A stretch of 64,000 nt of DNA from an uncultured candidate division Zixibacteria bacterium. Lineage in GTDB: Bacteria; Zixibacteria; MSB-5A5; UBA10806. This document shows, in pieces, positions 22,278 to 33,662 of this stretch (positions are counted from its first letter, which is position 1; every line of letters begins with the position of its first letter). Location: contig CAWDFP010000011.1 in the NCBI GenBank assembly GCA_963801605.1, positions 96,001-160,000 of the forward strand. The letters are read 5' to 3'. Below the pieces are notes generated by a model. That model did not search any database. It was not told the origin of the DNA and was given only the letters and a program-made list of their open reading frames with translations. Made by a program: the position numbers and the translations under genes.

Positions 22278-22417
22278 TATATTGGTTGGGTGTTAACTAA
22301 TTATCGGCGCTGGAAGGGGGTCCGGCGCCTTTTTTTATCGATATGGAAATATTTACTTTTCCAAAGTTCCCTTGCCTTTGCTTTTTAATCTAGACTGAGT
22401 TTATATTCCGTCACATT

Positions 22418-23482
22418 ATGTTCAGGCAAGCAGCGTTTCTGGCAATACTATTCATTTTGATTTCAAATTCCGCACACGGCCAGCAACAATATTTCTACCA
22501 CGGTCGAAATTATGGCAGCGAGGCTCTTTATAATCCTGTCAATCTTATCATAAATAGCGGTTATGGCATCATGCAAATGGAGGAATACAGGCGTGATTTC
22601 CTTCATTTACCATACCGTGAGGGAGCCCGGAATCTCTGGCGCAACCTGAGCAGTCCATTCGGTCCCATTTCACGCTATGGTTGGTGGAATTTTGCCTCCA
22701 ATGAGCTTTTCCCGCTCCATTTGACCAAAACCCGCGCCCAGTGGCTTCCCAATTATCAGCTTCATTTGATAGGCGGCGGTATGAGCTATCGCGCTATGTA
22801 CGAATGGTATGAACTGCACAACTACCCAGTTCCGCGAATAATGTCAATTTCCACAATGGCGGCCTGCCATATTTTGAACGAAATCGTGGAAAACGGCTCT
22901 TACCAGGGAGACAATGTCGATCCTATCGCCGATATCTATTTTTTCGATATCGGAGGAATTATCCTTTTCAGTTTCGATAATATCAATCGCTTCTTCAGCA
23001 AAAAGGTTGTTATAGCCGATTGGTCGTTGATGCCATCACTGGCGCTTCATGATATGACTATCCAGAATAACGGGCAGAATTTCAGCTTCAAATGGCAACT
23101 TCCTTTTGCCCGTAAATGGTCATTATTCCACTATTACGGCCTTCAAGGCTTGACCGGATTTTCGCGCCGTGTCAGGGGAGACGATGATATATCGGTCGGC
23201 CTGGGACTTCGTTCCAAAGCAATTGAAGTTATCGATCAGGGCACTCGACGGCAGACTGTCGATCTCGTTTGGAATGGCGGTCTCTTTTATGACCGCGGTA
23301 ATTCGCTTCTTTGCTCCCTGCTTTTAAGCGGGCAGTATGATAAAACGCTTATTCTGAATATTTATCCGGGTGTAGTTCGAATGGGTAATTTTTCTCCCGG
23401 TTTATGGCTCGTTATGAACGGAGCTGGTAAGCCGATGATCGGCGCTATTACAACCTGGACACCCGGTCTGGCCTTAAAATAA
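22418..23482 (+). CDS. Hypothetical exported/outer-membrane protein
   Basis: 354-aa ORF with signal peptide; no family recognised with confidence. Confidence 0.7.
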   Translation: MFRQAAFLAILFILISNSAHGQQQYFYHGRNYGSEALYNPVNLIINSGYGIMQMEEYRRDFLHLPYREGARNLWRNLSSPFGPISRYGWWNFASNELFPLHLTKTRAQWLPNYQLHLIGGGMSYRAMYEWYELHNYPVPRIMSISTMAACHILNEIVENGSYQGDNVDPIADIYFFDIGGIILFSFDNINRFFSKKVVIADWSLMPSLALHDMTIQNNGQNFSFKWQLPFARKWSLFHYYGLQGLTGFSRRVRGDDDISVGLGLRSKAIEVIDQGTRRQTVDLVWNGGLFYDRGNSLLCSLLLSGQYDKTLILNIYPGVVRMGNFSPGLWLVMNGAGKPMIGAITTWTPGLALK

Positions 23483-23595
23483 AGCGTATCGGGATTTTGA
23501 CATTTTCCATATTATTTTAATTTTCTATATTATTAGCTTGACAGATTTTCAAATATTGAATAAAAATCGTTTATATAAGTATCTCTTGATAGCAT

Positions 23596-23798
23596 CACAG
23601 GGTGACAACATCGAGTTATTAGACGCGTTACGGGCATGAGCGGCTTTTTATCTTGCCGCGATAATCAATACGGTGGGATACCGGGTATTGATTTGTGCAA
23701 CGGCCGGCAAGGTAACGTAAACCGTTAATTACGCCGCTCAATAATGTGCCCCTAATTTTGCAGCCTGCGGGGACTTCCTGAAGTCCCCGCATTGTTTT
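23596..23798 (+). ncRNA. Candidate rod-shaped ncRNA (6S-like); strand uncertain
   Basis: Nested pairings GGGCA/TGCCC, TGAGCGGC/GCCGCTCA, CTTGCCG/CGGCAAG and AATCAATAC/GTATTGATT with an asymmetric central bubble, followed by a terminator-like hairpin at 23766-23791. Confidence 0.4.
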
Positions 23799-23925
23799 AT
23801 CCTCTTATTATAGCACCATTGACACCAATATTTCAAAAGTCCGATAAATGTTATAGATGATTACAGCATAAAAAAAATGGGGCGGCATAGCAGGCGCCCC
23901 ATAAGTTTATCGGATATTGAGAATA

Positions 23926-24453
23926 TTATTGGCCGACAGTTACCGAGATGATCATGAATAAGTCGTATCTAATCGAGGCGCCTTCGGTTGGAATGGCATA
24001 AACATAGAATTGGCCGTCGCCTAAAAGCTGGTCTCGCAAGACGGGCAAATTCTGAACATGAGCCAGAGCATCAGACCAATTTAGAAAGAGTGAATCTCCG
24101 GCCGCAATCGATGGCGAATCGAACATTAGTGTGGAATTGCCAGGAGTCTCTACCTGTGTCGGAGTAGTGTAAAGATTATCAGAAATGTAGATTTTAGTAT
24201 GGGCTTCACTATCGCTGGTGTTGACCACATAACCAACCAGGGAGACTTCATCAACCGATTTTAGCTTGTCTTTGTTGTCTTGGTAATCGCTGCTTTCCGA
24301 TGATACGTCGACATACCTCCATTGCATCTGATTGGGAATAGGAGTCCAGCCGGAAAGCTCGACGTTAAAAACTTTTGTCCCGGACGTCAGTATGCATCCC
24401 CCTATAATGATGGGCAATAAGAGGGCAACCGCAATTAATAAATTCCTTTTCAT
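23926..24453 (-). CDS. Putative lipoprotein
   Basis: MKRNLLIAVALLLPIIIGGC lipobox. Confidence 0.7.
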   Translation of the reverse strand: MKRNLLIAVALLLPIIIGGCILTSGTKVFNVELSGWTPIPNQMQWRYVDVSSESSDYQDNKDKLKSVDEVSLVGYVVNTSDSEAHTKIYISDNLYTTPTQVETPGNSTLMFDSPSIAAGDSLFLNWSDALAHVQNLPVLRDQLLGDGQFYVYAIPTEGASIRYDLFMIISVTVGQ

Positions 24454-24462
24454 ATTACCCTC

Positions 24463-25008
24463 CTATATGATGCCAATGTGATAGTTCAAACCAACAAACA
24501 ACAAACCATTTTTCCGCGAACCGCCGCCGCCGGTAGGCACAATCTCAAACTTTGCCTGGCCTTCGACACCGATACCAGCCGGAAAGACAAATTCGAGACC
24601 TGTTCCCAGGCTATATCCGGTTTTGGAAATAGTCTCCTGGCCGGCGCGTTTCCACTTGTAGCCGGAAATTCCGGCCATACCGTAGAAATGCGGACCGACT
24701 CCGCCGCCCGTCGAACCAAGAAGCGCTTCAAAACCAAAAACGCTGACTTTACCGCCGGTTCCTGTAAAGGTAAGATTTCCTATTGTCTGTTTAGGATCTC
24801 CAAATTTACGAGATTCATAAAACAGGGCGCCCGCCAGAAAAGGTATGGGTGCAACCTTGGCTTTGAATCCAAAACCGGAGCCGGCCTTTGCGTCCTCTTG
24901 AATTATTGGAGCATTTAGTCCGCCGTAAATACCCGCTGAAATATCGAGGACCGCCTGGGCGCTTCCGGCCATTAATAACACCAGAATGACTGGTATCAGT
25001 TTTTTCAT
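24463..25008 (-). CDS. Small outer-membrane beta-barrel protein
   Basis: Signal peptide, alternating beta strands, C-terminal FVGLNYH. Confidence 0.75.
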   Translation of the reverse strand: MKKLIPVILVLLMAGSAQAVLDISAGIYGGLNAPIIQEDAKAGSGFGFKAKVAPIPFLAGALFYESRKFGDPKQTIGNLTFTGTGGKVSVFGFEALLGSTGGGVGPHFYGMAGISGYKWKRAGQETISKTGYSLGTGLEFVFPAGIGVEGQAKFEIVPTGGGGSRKNGLLFVGLNYHIGII

Positions 25009-25075
25009 GTTACCTCCTGTAAAAGATACTAAGTATTTTGATTATCAATATCATTAAAAAATAATTTTAGTCAAG

Positions 25076-25975
25076 TCATTTCAAAAATGAGACGCTGAAA
25101 ATGTGCCTGTCGCCAAATTCGCTTAGAGGAATATAAGAATAATCGAGCGATAATTGGGCTGTGAAAATCCGAAATCCCAGAGAGACCGGATCGAATCTGG
25201 TGCTTCCAGCCCGGAGAGAAAAACCATTGAACGCTCGATATTCCAACCCGGCGGCAACCGATAGTCCCAAACTTCTGCGGGAGATGATATCCAGATTCAA
25301 GTTAATCAAATCGTTATAAAGCGGCGCCCAAGCCGAAATCGCCAGGCGAGTCGGCAGCGGAGATGAACTGCCTCCGATCTTAAAATCAGGTCCGATATTA
25401 TCAGCCGAGAGCGCCAATCGTCCAACCATGGTTTCTATCGAAATTCCGGCGCCTAAACCCCAACCGTTGCCATAGAGATCGTCGAGTTGTTGATTATATT
25501 GTGAAATTGAAATTCCACATGAAAAATCGCCTTTGTTTATTGACCCTGCAAGGCGCAGCAGGCGGTCTCCAACGGCAATATTTCCGGTTTTTTCATCATT
25601 GTTGGAATAACCCTCGATATCACCAGGCTTAAAAAAGTACGCTCCACAAGCCAGAGTAATATCGTTCCCCAACCTGACTGCGCCGGCAAAAGCCTCCGTG
25701 CGCGTATCCAGCAGAAGCTCCTGATGACATGCGAAAGCTCCCGTTCTCTGGCCCATGAGACTGGGATTGAGGAAAATTGCCTCTGGGCCGATTATCCCCG
25801 CATAATTGCCATTTCCGAGCGCCGCTGAATAGGCGCCTGTGGGGAGATTGAGGAATTCAAGCGCATTCTGGCCAGGACCAGCCATCGCCGATCCATAACA
25901 ACTGATCCAAATGCCTGCTAACAGAATCAGCTTAGGAAGCTCGTTTCCAGATTTTGATGGAAGTTTTTGAATCAA
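25076..25975 (-). CDS. PorV/PorQ-like (UPF0164) outer-membrane protein
   Basis: FLNLPTGAYSAALG, AIFLNPS, AGLEY..LRAG, LDYSY...FGDRHIFSV. Confidence 0.75.
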   Translation of the reverse strand: MIQKLPSKSGNELPKLILLAGIWISCYGSAMAGPGQNALEFLNLPTGAYSAALGNGNYAGIIGPEAIFLNPSLMGQRTGAFACHQELLLDTRTEAFAGAVRLGNDITLACGAYFFKPGDIEGYSNNDEKTGNIAVGDRLLRLAGSINKGDFSCGISISQYNQQLDDLYGNGWGLGAGISIETMVGRLALSADNIGPDFKIGGSSSPLPTRLAISAWAPLYNDLINLNLDIISRRSLGLSVAAGLEYRAFNGFSLRAGSTRFDPVSLGFRIFTAQLSLDYSYIPLSEFGDRHIFSVSFLK

Positions 25976-26042
25976 TTAATTACCTCGGCGCCTAAACCGT
26001 ATTCTAATATGCCGTTTCCCGTTTTCTGTCAATCGATATCGC

Positions 26043-26426
26043 TTAAATCTGAGCGATCATTTCAATTTCCACCAATGCGTCCTTAGGGAGCCGGGCTACC
26101 TCCACAGTGGAGCGGGCCGGGAAGTCCCTAATGAAATGTTCGGCATAGACGGCGTTAACTACAGTAAAATCCGCTATATTTTTCAGAAAAATAGTACTTT
26201 TAACCACATTTTCGAACCCGCATCCGGCGGCCGCCAACACCTCTTTCAGGTTATGTAACACCTGATGCGCCTGTGCTTTAACCTCTGGCCCGACTAATTC
26301 GCCGCTGTTGGGGTCCATTCCTATTTGTCCCGATGTAAAAACCAGGCCGCTTTTAGTTTCGATAATCGCCTGATTATATGGTCCAATTGCCTTGGGGGCG
26401 TTTTCAGTGTGAACTATTTTTTTCAT
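26043..26426 (-). CDS. ridA: RidA-family enamine/imine deaminase
   Basis: APKAIGPY, TSGQIG, FPARSTVEVARLPK..LVEIE. Confidence 0.92.
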   Translation of the reverse strand: MKKIVHTENAPKAIGPYNQAIIETKSGLVFTSGQIGMDPNSGELVGPEVKAQAHQVLHNLKEVLAAAGCGFENVVKSTIFLKNIADFTVVNAVYAEHFIRDFPARSTVEVARLPKDALVEIEMIAQI

Positions 26427-26801
26427 TGTGTCCTTTCTAACAATTATCCTAAATTATCGAATGAATGTATATCACTTCGATAAGCCAAATTCAAGATGAA
26501 GTTAATAAAAGAACATAAACCGGAATTGTTGATTGCCTTACTGGGAATCGCAACTTATATCATTTCGCTTGCCAATACATTCCATAGCGATGATTGGCAT
26601 GTACTCATTTTCTTGAGCGACGGCCATTTGCGCGAAGCGACTGCCGATTATATTAAGTAAAGGTAAAAGCTCTAACCCGGATTGGGTCTTTCTTCGAGGA
26701 AAAAAAGAGCCGAGGCAAGCCAAGCTCGCCCCGGCTGAATAAATCGTGGACAGTCCCGATTATAAATGGATCGCGCCTGCCCCAATCTCCAATTATTTTA
26801 T

Positions 26802-27296
26802 TTACTTTGCTTTGTACTGCGTAGTCCCTTTGTTGGTAGTGGTGCTTTGATCCGTCTTATGCCACCCCTTGCTCATTTCTTTCTTTTCCATTTCCTGGTA
26901 CTTCTTAAGCTGGTCTTTATTCAGTACGCCGGAAATCTCTTTGTCAGTTGAGGTCCGTAACTCGGTTCTCGCTTTTTTTAATGCATTGGCGTCGGTGGCA
27001 TATTTTTGATGATCGGCCATCATCTGCTTATCCTGGTTTTCGTAGATGCCGCGGATCTGTGTTGCCTGAGCATCAGTGAGGTTAAGGTTCTCTTTCATCA
27101 TGGCAACATGATGCTCGATCCGCATACTGTCGGATTCCATCGGCTTGGCCATAGTCTCCATGGATTTCGACATGGTTCCGTTAGTCTTAGACATGGTGTC
27201 GTTTGGTTTTGACATTGAAGTCTGAGCGTTGGCAAAAGCCGCAATCAGCAGAAACGTTGCCAATGACGCTAATAGTGTGAATTTTACTGGTTTCAT
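26802..27296 (-). CDS. Periplasmic helical protein (Spy/CpxP-like) with Met-rich heptad repeats
   Basis: Signal peptide; LNLTDAQ and LNKDQ motifs; xM(S/A)Kxxx repeated four times. Confidence 0.65.
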   Translation of the reverse strand: MKPVKFTLLASLATFLLIAAFANAQTSMSKPNDTMSKTNGTMSKSMETMAKPMESDSMRIEHHVAMMKENLNLTDAQATQIRGIYENQDKQMMADHQKYATDANALKKARTELRTSTDKEISGVLNKDQLKKYQEMEKKEMSKGWHKTDQSTTTNKGTTQYKAK

Positions 27297-27434
27297 ACCT
27301 TTCCCCTTTTCTCCTGTTTATGTTATTTTTCGATTTACTTAGGCTTTGATATTCGCAGTGCCTACGTTAGGTTCCAATAAAAAAATATAATAAATGTAAT
27401 ATTGGGCCATTATTCAGCTTCAAAACAATAAATG

Positions 27435-27461
27435 GGAAACATCGCCCCAATTATCATAGTT
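27435..27461 (+). promoter_or_regulatory. ECF-sigma-type promoter of osmC
   Basis: GGAAAC-N17-AGTT. Confidence 0.55.
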
Positions 27462-27516
27462 TATAAACGCGAAAAAGACTTAAGATTAACGTAACTGTGT
27501 AAATTTAGGAGGAATC

Positions 27517-27945
27517 ATGGCCATTCGTAACGGACAAGCAGTCTGGGAGGGGAATCTAGTAAAGGGAAAGGGGACCGTCAAGTTTGGCAGCGGGGCATTT
27601 GAGGGCCAATATTCGTTCGCGTCGCGTTTTGAAAATGGCATCGGAACCAACCCCGAGGAACTAATTGGGGCGGCCCATGCGGGTTGCTTTTCGATGGCTT
27701 TCTCGCATGCTTTGGCCGAGGCAGGCTTTACACCCATAAGAGTCGCAACAACCGCCAAGGTGCACCTTGATAAAGTCGATGCCGGATTTAAGATTACATT
27801 GATAGAGCTTATTACAGAATCGCAGGTTCCGGGAATCGATAATGATCGCTTTCAACAAATAGCAGCCATTGCCAAGGTAAATTGTCCTGTTTCGCAAGCC
27901 CTGGCAGCAGTTGAAATAAAGCTGGATGCCCGTTTGATAAATTAA
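27517..27945 (+). CDS. osmC: OsmC peroxiredoxin
   Basis: GTNPEELIGAAHAGCFSMA; NCPVS. Confidence 0.95.
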   Translation: MAIRNGQAVWEGNLVKGKGTVKFGSGAFEGQYSFASRFENGIGTNPEELIGAAHAGCFSMAFSHALAEAGFTPIRVATTAKVHLDKVDAGFKITLIELITESQVPGIDNDRFQQIAAIAKVNCPVSQALAAVEIKLDARLIN

Positions 27946-27977
27946 TCCTCCGGCTTAATATCGTAGATAACCATCTC

Positions 27978-28006
27978 TTGACCGGATTGCTCTAAAGCCA
28001 TATACT
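27978..28006 (+). promoter_or_regulatory. Sigma70-type promoter for mntP-dedA
   Basis: TTGACC-N17-TATACT. Confidence 0.65.
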
Positions 28007-28010
28007 AAAA

Positions 28011-28088
28011 CAGCAGGGGCGAGGCAGGCGCTCGCCCTTATTTTGTTGTCAGATATTCCCGGTTTTCGGGTTCGAACGAAATCTGCTG
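28011..28088 (+). promoter_or_regulatory. Structured 5' leader of mntP (possible cis-regulatory RNA)
   Basis: CAGCAG/CTGCTG encloses GGGCGAG/CTCGCCC and ATTTTGTT/AACGAAAT with an inner CCCG/CGGG. Confidence 0.4.
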
Positions 28089-28099
28089 CGAGAGGCTTG

Positions 28100-28645
28100 G
28101 TGCAACCGCTACCATTTTATGAAATATTATTGATAAGCCTGGGTTTGAGCGCTGACGCTTTCAGTGTGGCGCTGGCCGCCGGCGCCCAGGGCTTTACTCC
28201 CCGTCGGATATTCAGGCTCTCCTGGCATTTTGGGCTATTCCAATTCCTGATGCCTATCATTGGATGGTATGGAGGAGAGATCCTCGCGGAGCATATCGGA
28301 GGATATGGAAAGTATATAGTCCTGTTGCTTCTGGCTGTTATTGGTTGTAAAATGATCTTTGATGGTTTTAAGCCGAATTCACCCGAACCTCCTGATCTCT
28401 CGCGCGGCTGGAAACTCGTGATACTTTCAGTCTGCACCAGTCTCGATGCTTTGGGAGTCGGTTTTGGCCTGGGACTGATCGGAATAAATATCATCGAACC
28501 GGCCCTTCTTATCGGAGTTGTTTGCGCCGCTATGACGACCGTTGGTCTGTTTCTGGGCGTCTGGATGTACAACTGGTTGGGGCATAAAGCGATGATATTA
28601 GGCGGATTGATATTGATTGGCATTGGAATAAAGATGGTTTCCTAA
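28100..28645 (+). CDS. mntP: Manganese efflux pump MntP family
   Basis: GLSADAFSVAL, FGLFQFLMPIIGW, TSLDALGVG. GTG start inferred. Confidence 0.88.
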   Translation: MQPLPFYEILLISLGLSADAFSVALAAGAQGFTPRRIFRLSWHFGLFQFLMPIIGWYGGEILAEHIGGYGKYIVLLLLAVIGCKMIFDGFKPNSPEPPDLSRGWKLVILSVCTSLDALGVGFGLGLIGINIIEPALLIGVVCAAMTTVGLFLGVWMYNWLGHKAMILGGLILIGIGIKMVS

Positions 28646-28663
28646 ACCGGGAAGATTACTGAA

Positions 28664-29299
28664 ATGGGATTGACTGAATTTCTCGTTGAACATTTTACGG
28701 GCTGGATTTACGGCGGCGGGTATCTCGGCGTAGCAATATTAATGACGCTTGAAAGCATGGTGGCTCCGGTGCCAAGCGAGGCTGTCATGCCTTTCGCGGG
28801 ATTCTTAATCTATGAACATAAATTCACCTTCTTAGGGGTAATATTTTTCAGCACCGTGGGAAGCATAGTCGGATCGCTAATTTCTTACTATGCGGGGGCC
28901 TGGGGCGGACGGCCTTTTGTAAAGCGTTACGGACGATACCTGCTGCTTGATCTTCATCATCTCGACCTCACCGAACGCTTTTTTGCCCGTTACGGCGACA
29001 AGACCATTTTTATCAGCCGCTTTATTCCCGTAGTTCGGCATCTGATTTCGATTCCAGCCGGCGTGGGACGAATGAAGCTCGGTAAATTCTGCATATATAC
29101 AATTATCGGGGCTGCTATCTGGAATTCATTTCTGGCAATCCTGGGATATTATCTCAGGAACAACTGGACGGTGGTCAGAAAGTACAGCGAAGTTGTGGAC
29201 ATAGTCGTTGTCGGGCTGATGTTTATAGCCATAATATTCCTTGTCTATCAATATCTCAAGCGTTCAAAACGTGCCCGTCAGGCTCGACCGACCGAATAA
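28664..29299 (+). CDS. DedA-family membrane protein
   Basis: LESMVAPVPSEAVMPFAG; SRFIPVVRHLISIPAG. Confidence 0.92.
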   Translation: MGLTEFLVEHFTGWIYGGGYLGVAILMTLESMVAPVPSEAVMPFAGFLIYEHKFTFLGVIFFSTVGSIVGSLISYYAGAWGGRPFVKRYGRYLLLDLHHLDLTERFFARYGDKTIFISRFIPVVRHLISIPAGVGRMKLGKFCIYTIIGAAIWNSFLAILGYYLRNNWTVVRKYSEVVDIVVVGLMFIAIIFLVYQYLKRSKRARQARPTE

Positions 29300-29393
29300 T
29301 AAATCGATTTTTTTAAGTTCGTCATTGACCGGCGACGTTAGTTTCGTATAAATTAAGATAATCGAATTTAATTTTATAAATTGAGGATAAAAG

Positions 29394-30416
29394 ATGTCGG
29401 AATTCAGACAGAATATGGCCTCAAAAGAATGGGTAATCGTAGCGCCTCTTCGCGGCAAACGGCCATCGGATTTTATAAAGATAATAGCCAAACGGGAGCC
29501 GCTGCCACCCCATAAAGCAGATTGTCCCTTTTGCAGGGGAAACGAGACCCAGACTCCTCAGGCGGTCTACATAAAACCGGAGAGCGGCGACTGGCGGCTT
29601 AGAGTGGTACCCAATAAATTTGCCGCCCTGCAGCCTGATACCGCCGCAGTCAGAACTCATGTCGGGGCCTTCATGTCCGCCAACGGGTATGGCGTAACTG
29701 AGGTGGTTATCGAAACTCCCGAGCATAATAAAACTATCGTTACGATGGAATTATCTGAGGTTTCGGCTATCCTGACTGCCTATCGTGAGCGCTTCGACCA
29801 GATTTCCCAAAATAAGAATATCAACCTTATTACCATTTTCCGCAACTACGGTCCGCTGGCCGGTACATCTCTGGAACATCCTCATTCTCAAATCATCGCC
29901 ACGCCGCTGGTGCCTCCTCATATACGGAACCAGATCGAGAAATCGATCCTATACCATGATGAAACCGGCCGATGCGTCTATTGCGATATTCTCGCCGAAG
30001 AGCTTCTGCAAAAGGATCGCATCGTGCTCGAAAATGATAGTTTCGTGGCGTTCTGCCCCTGGTCGGCTCGAACTCCTTTTGAGACTCGCATCTATCCAAA
30101 ACGTCATGCGGCCAGCTTCCTTTCGATAACCGAAAAGGAGATAGGGGATCTTGCCTGGATTTTGCGAGCCATGCTGGCAAAGATATACAACACGCTTCAA
30201 AATCCCGATTACAACTATGTTTTGCATTGTGCTCCCGTGGATGAACTTCATACCCGCTGCCTGCACTGGTATTTTATTCTTATCCCCAAAATCGGGACTC
30301 CCGCCGGATTTGAAATCGGATCGGGGATATATATCAATACCGTCCCACCTGAGGATTCGGCTCGGTTTTTGCGAGAAGCATCAACCGAAATCGAAGGTGT
30401 AACGTTATATTCCTGA
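29394..30416 (+). CDS. galT: Galactose-1-phosphate uridylyltransferase family
   Basis: RGKRP, CPFC, VVPNKFAAL, GTSLEHPHSQ. Confidence 0.9.
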   Translation: MSEFRQNMASKEWVIVAPLRGKRPSDFIKIIAKREPLPPHKADCPFCRGNETQTPQAVYIKPESGDWRLRVVPNKFAALQPDTAAVRTHVGAFMSANGYGVTEVVIETPEHNKTIVTMELSEVSAILTAYRERFDQISQNKNINLITIFRNYGPLAGTSLEHPHSQIIATPLVPPHIRNQIEKSILYHDETGRCVYCDILAEELLQKDRIVLENDSFVAFCPWSARTPFETRIYPKRHAASFLSITEKEIGDLAWILRAMLAKIYNTLQNPDYNYVLHCAPVDELHTRCLHWYFILIPKIGTPAGFEIGSGIYINTVPPEDSARFLREASTEIEGVTLYS

Positions 30417-30462
30417 ACCAATTAAGCGAACGGGGAGAATGAACTTAAATGAGGAGTAAGGT

Positions 30463-30811
30463 ATGCTCAAAAAGATAGAATCGCTGATTATCACATCGGA
30501 TAAATATGACGAAGCGATCTCCTTCTTCAAAAACAAATTAGGCTTTGAGATACCTATTGAGGGCGCCGATATGGCTCGTTTCGAACTAAATGGCTTTCCG
30601 GTATTTCGTCGCCAAAAGCGATAGCGGCAGTTGCACCTTTATCTCGCTTGAGACCGATGATATCGAAAGCGATTACCGGCTCCTCAAGGAAAAGGGTGTT
30701 GAATTTCCGGAGGAGATTAGCTCTCTCAAAAACGGCGATAAAGCCTCATTTTTCGGCGGTCCGGTCGGGATACAATTTATGCTCTTTCAATCGACAGCGG
30801 CTGCCGAGTAA
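30463..30811 (+). CDS. VOC/glyoxalase-family protein; frameshift near 30607
   Basis: GAGGAG RBS; AISFFKNKLGF, then ETDDIESDYRLLKEKGVEF in the next frame. Confidence 0.75.
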
Positions 30812-30933
30812 ATATGATCTTGATGAGTATTTTCGAGACTTAATATGCAATTCTCTAAAAAAGCATTGAACTATAACAGGCGATGTTGTAGAATTGGCAG
30901 CGACGTATTAGATTTTGCGATTTTAAGATGTAA

Positions 30934-32664
<1,731 letters not shown>

Positions 32665-33506
32665 TCGGTTCACCGAATCATCGCGGGTGCTGACACTCTA
32701 TTCCCGCGAAATGGGTAAAATCAAGGCCGTCGCCAAAGGTGTGGGACGGCCCAAATCGAAGCTCGGCGGCAAGGTCGAGCTTTTTAATCTCATCGAGGGC
32801 GATCTCTATAAGAAAGAAACCACCGAGCTTGGGGTTCTAAGCACCGCCGGTTTGCTTGAGGATTTCAAGGGGATTACGGAGGATGCCCGTAAATTCGGGT
32901 TCGCCTCGGCCTGGTGCGAGGTTTTGGATCGCACCGCACATTCCGAGGAGCCTCATCCGGAAACCTTTCAGCTTACCTTTGATTATATGAAAACTCTTCA
33001 AACCGCCAAATCAGAGGCGGCCGGGTTGGTATTCTGGGGCGCGCTGATGAAATTCCTGGTCCTTGAGGGTTACGCTCCCAGTCTCGATTCCTGTATCTCC
33101 TGCGGTAAGCCTCCGCAGAAAGAGAGGCTGATGGTCTCGCTGCAACGTGGCGGCCTGATCTGCGGCAACTGCGTGGAGTTGGATGAGCCGGTGGTGGCGA
33201 TTACCTCCGAGGCGTTGGAATTACTTCGCCAAATGGGACAGCAACCGCTTTTGGAGCTCGCCGAACTGCCGATTGATAAACGCACGGGCAGGGCCGTGGC
33301 TGAGGTTATTCTTTCGCTGGCTTCATATCATCTTGACCTGCCCCGCAATTTGAAATCGTTCCGATTTCTGGAAGATTTGACTGATTCGGGAAGGTTGGGG
33401 AGCTAATCGCAAAATGCTTCAGACTCTCTGCAATCCTCCATTTAATAGTCAACTTTTTTATATTTCAAATTATAGATTATAATTATCACTATTTAAATAT
33501 GTCGAC

Positions 33507-33532
33507 GGAACCATCGTATATCTGCATTTGTT
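33507..33532 (+). promoter_or_regulatory. ECF-sigma-type promoter of the FAD oxidoreductase
   Basis: GGAAC-N17-TGTT. Confidence 0.5.
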
Positions 33533-33662
33533 ATATGACTATTAATTGGGAGCGTTATTGTTCTTTTTACGATACAAGTTAGATTCAAATATCATGGGCA
33601 GCCGTGGATATGGGGTCAGAACCATAAAGCAACATCCAATTGCCTTTCTTAGGGGGATCAAC

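Noticed and set aside
23628..23792. 54-codon minus-strand ORF (MRGLQEVPAG...) with AAGAGG upstream
   Set aside because: The putative SD would fall before the likely TSS, the start sits in a strong hairpin, and the peptide has no recognisable features. RNA structure explains the region better.
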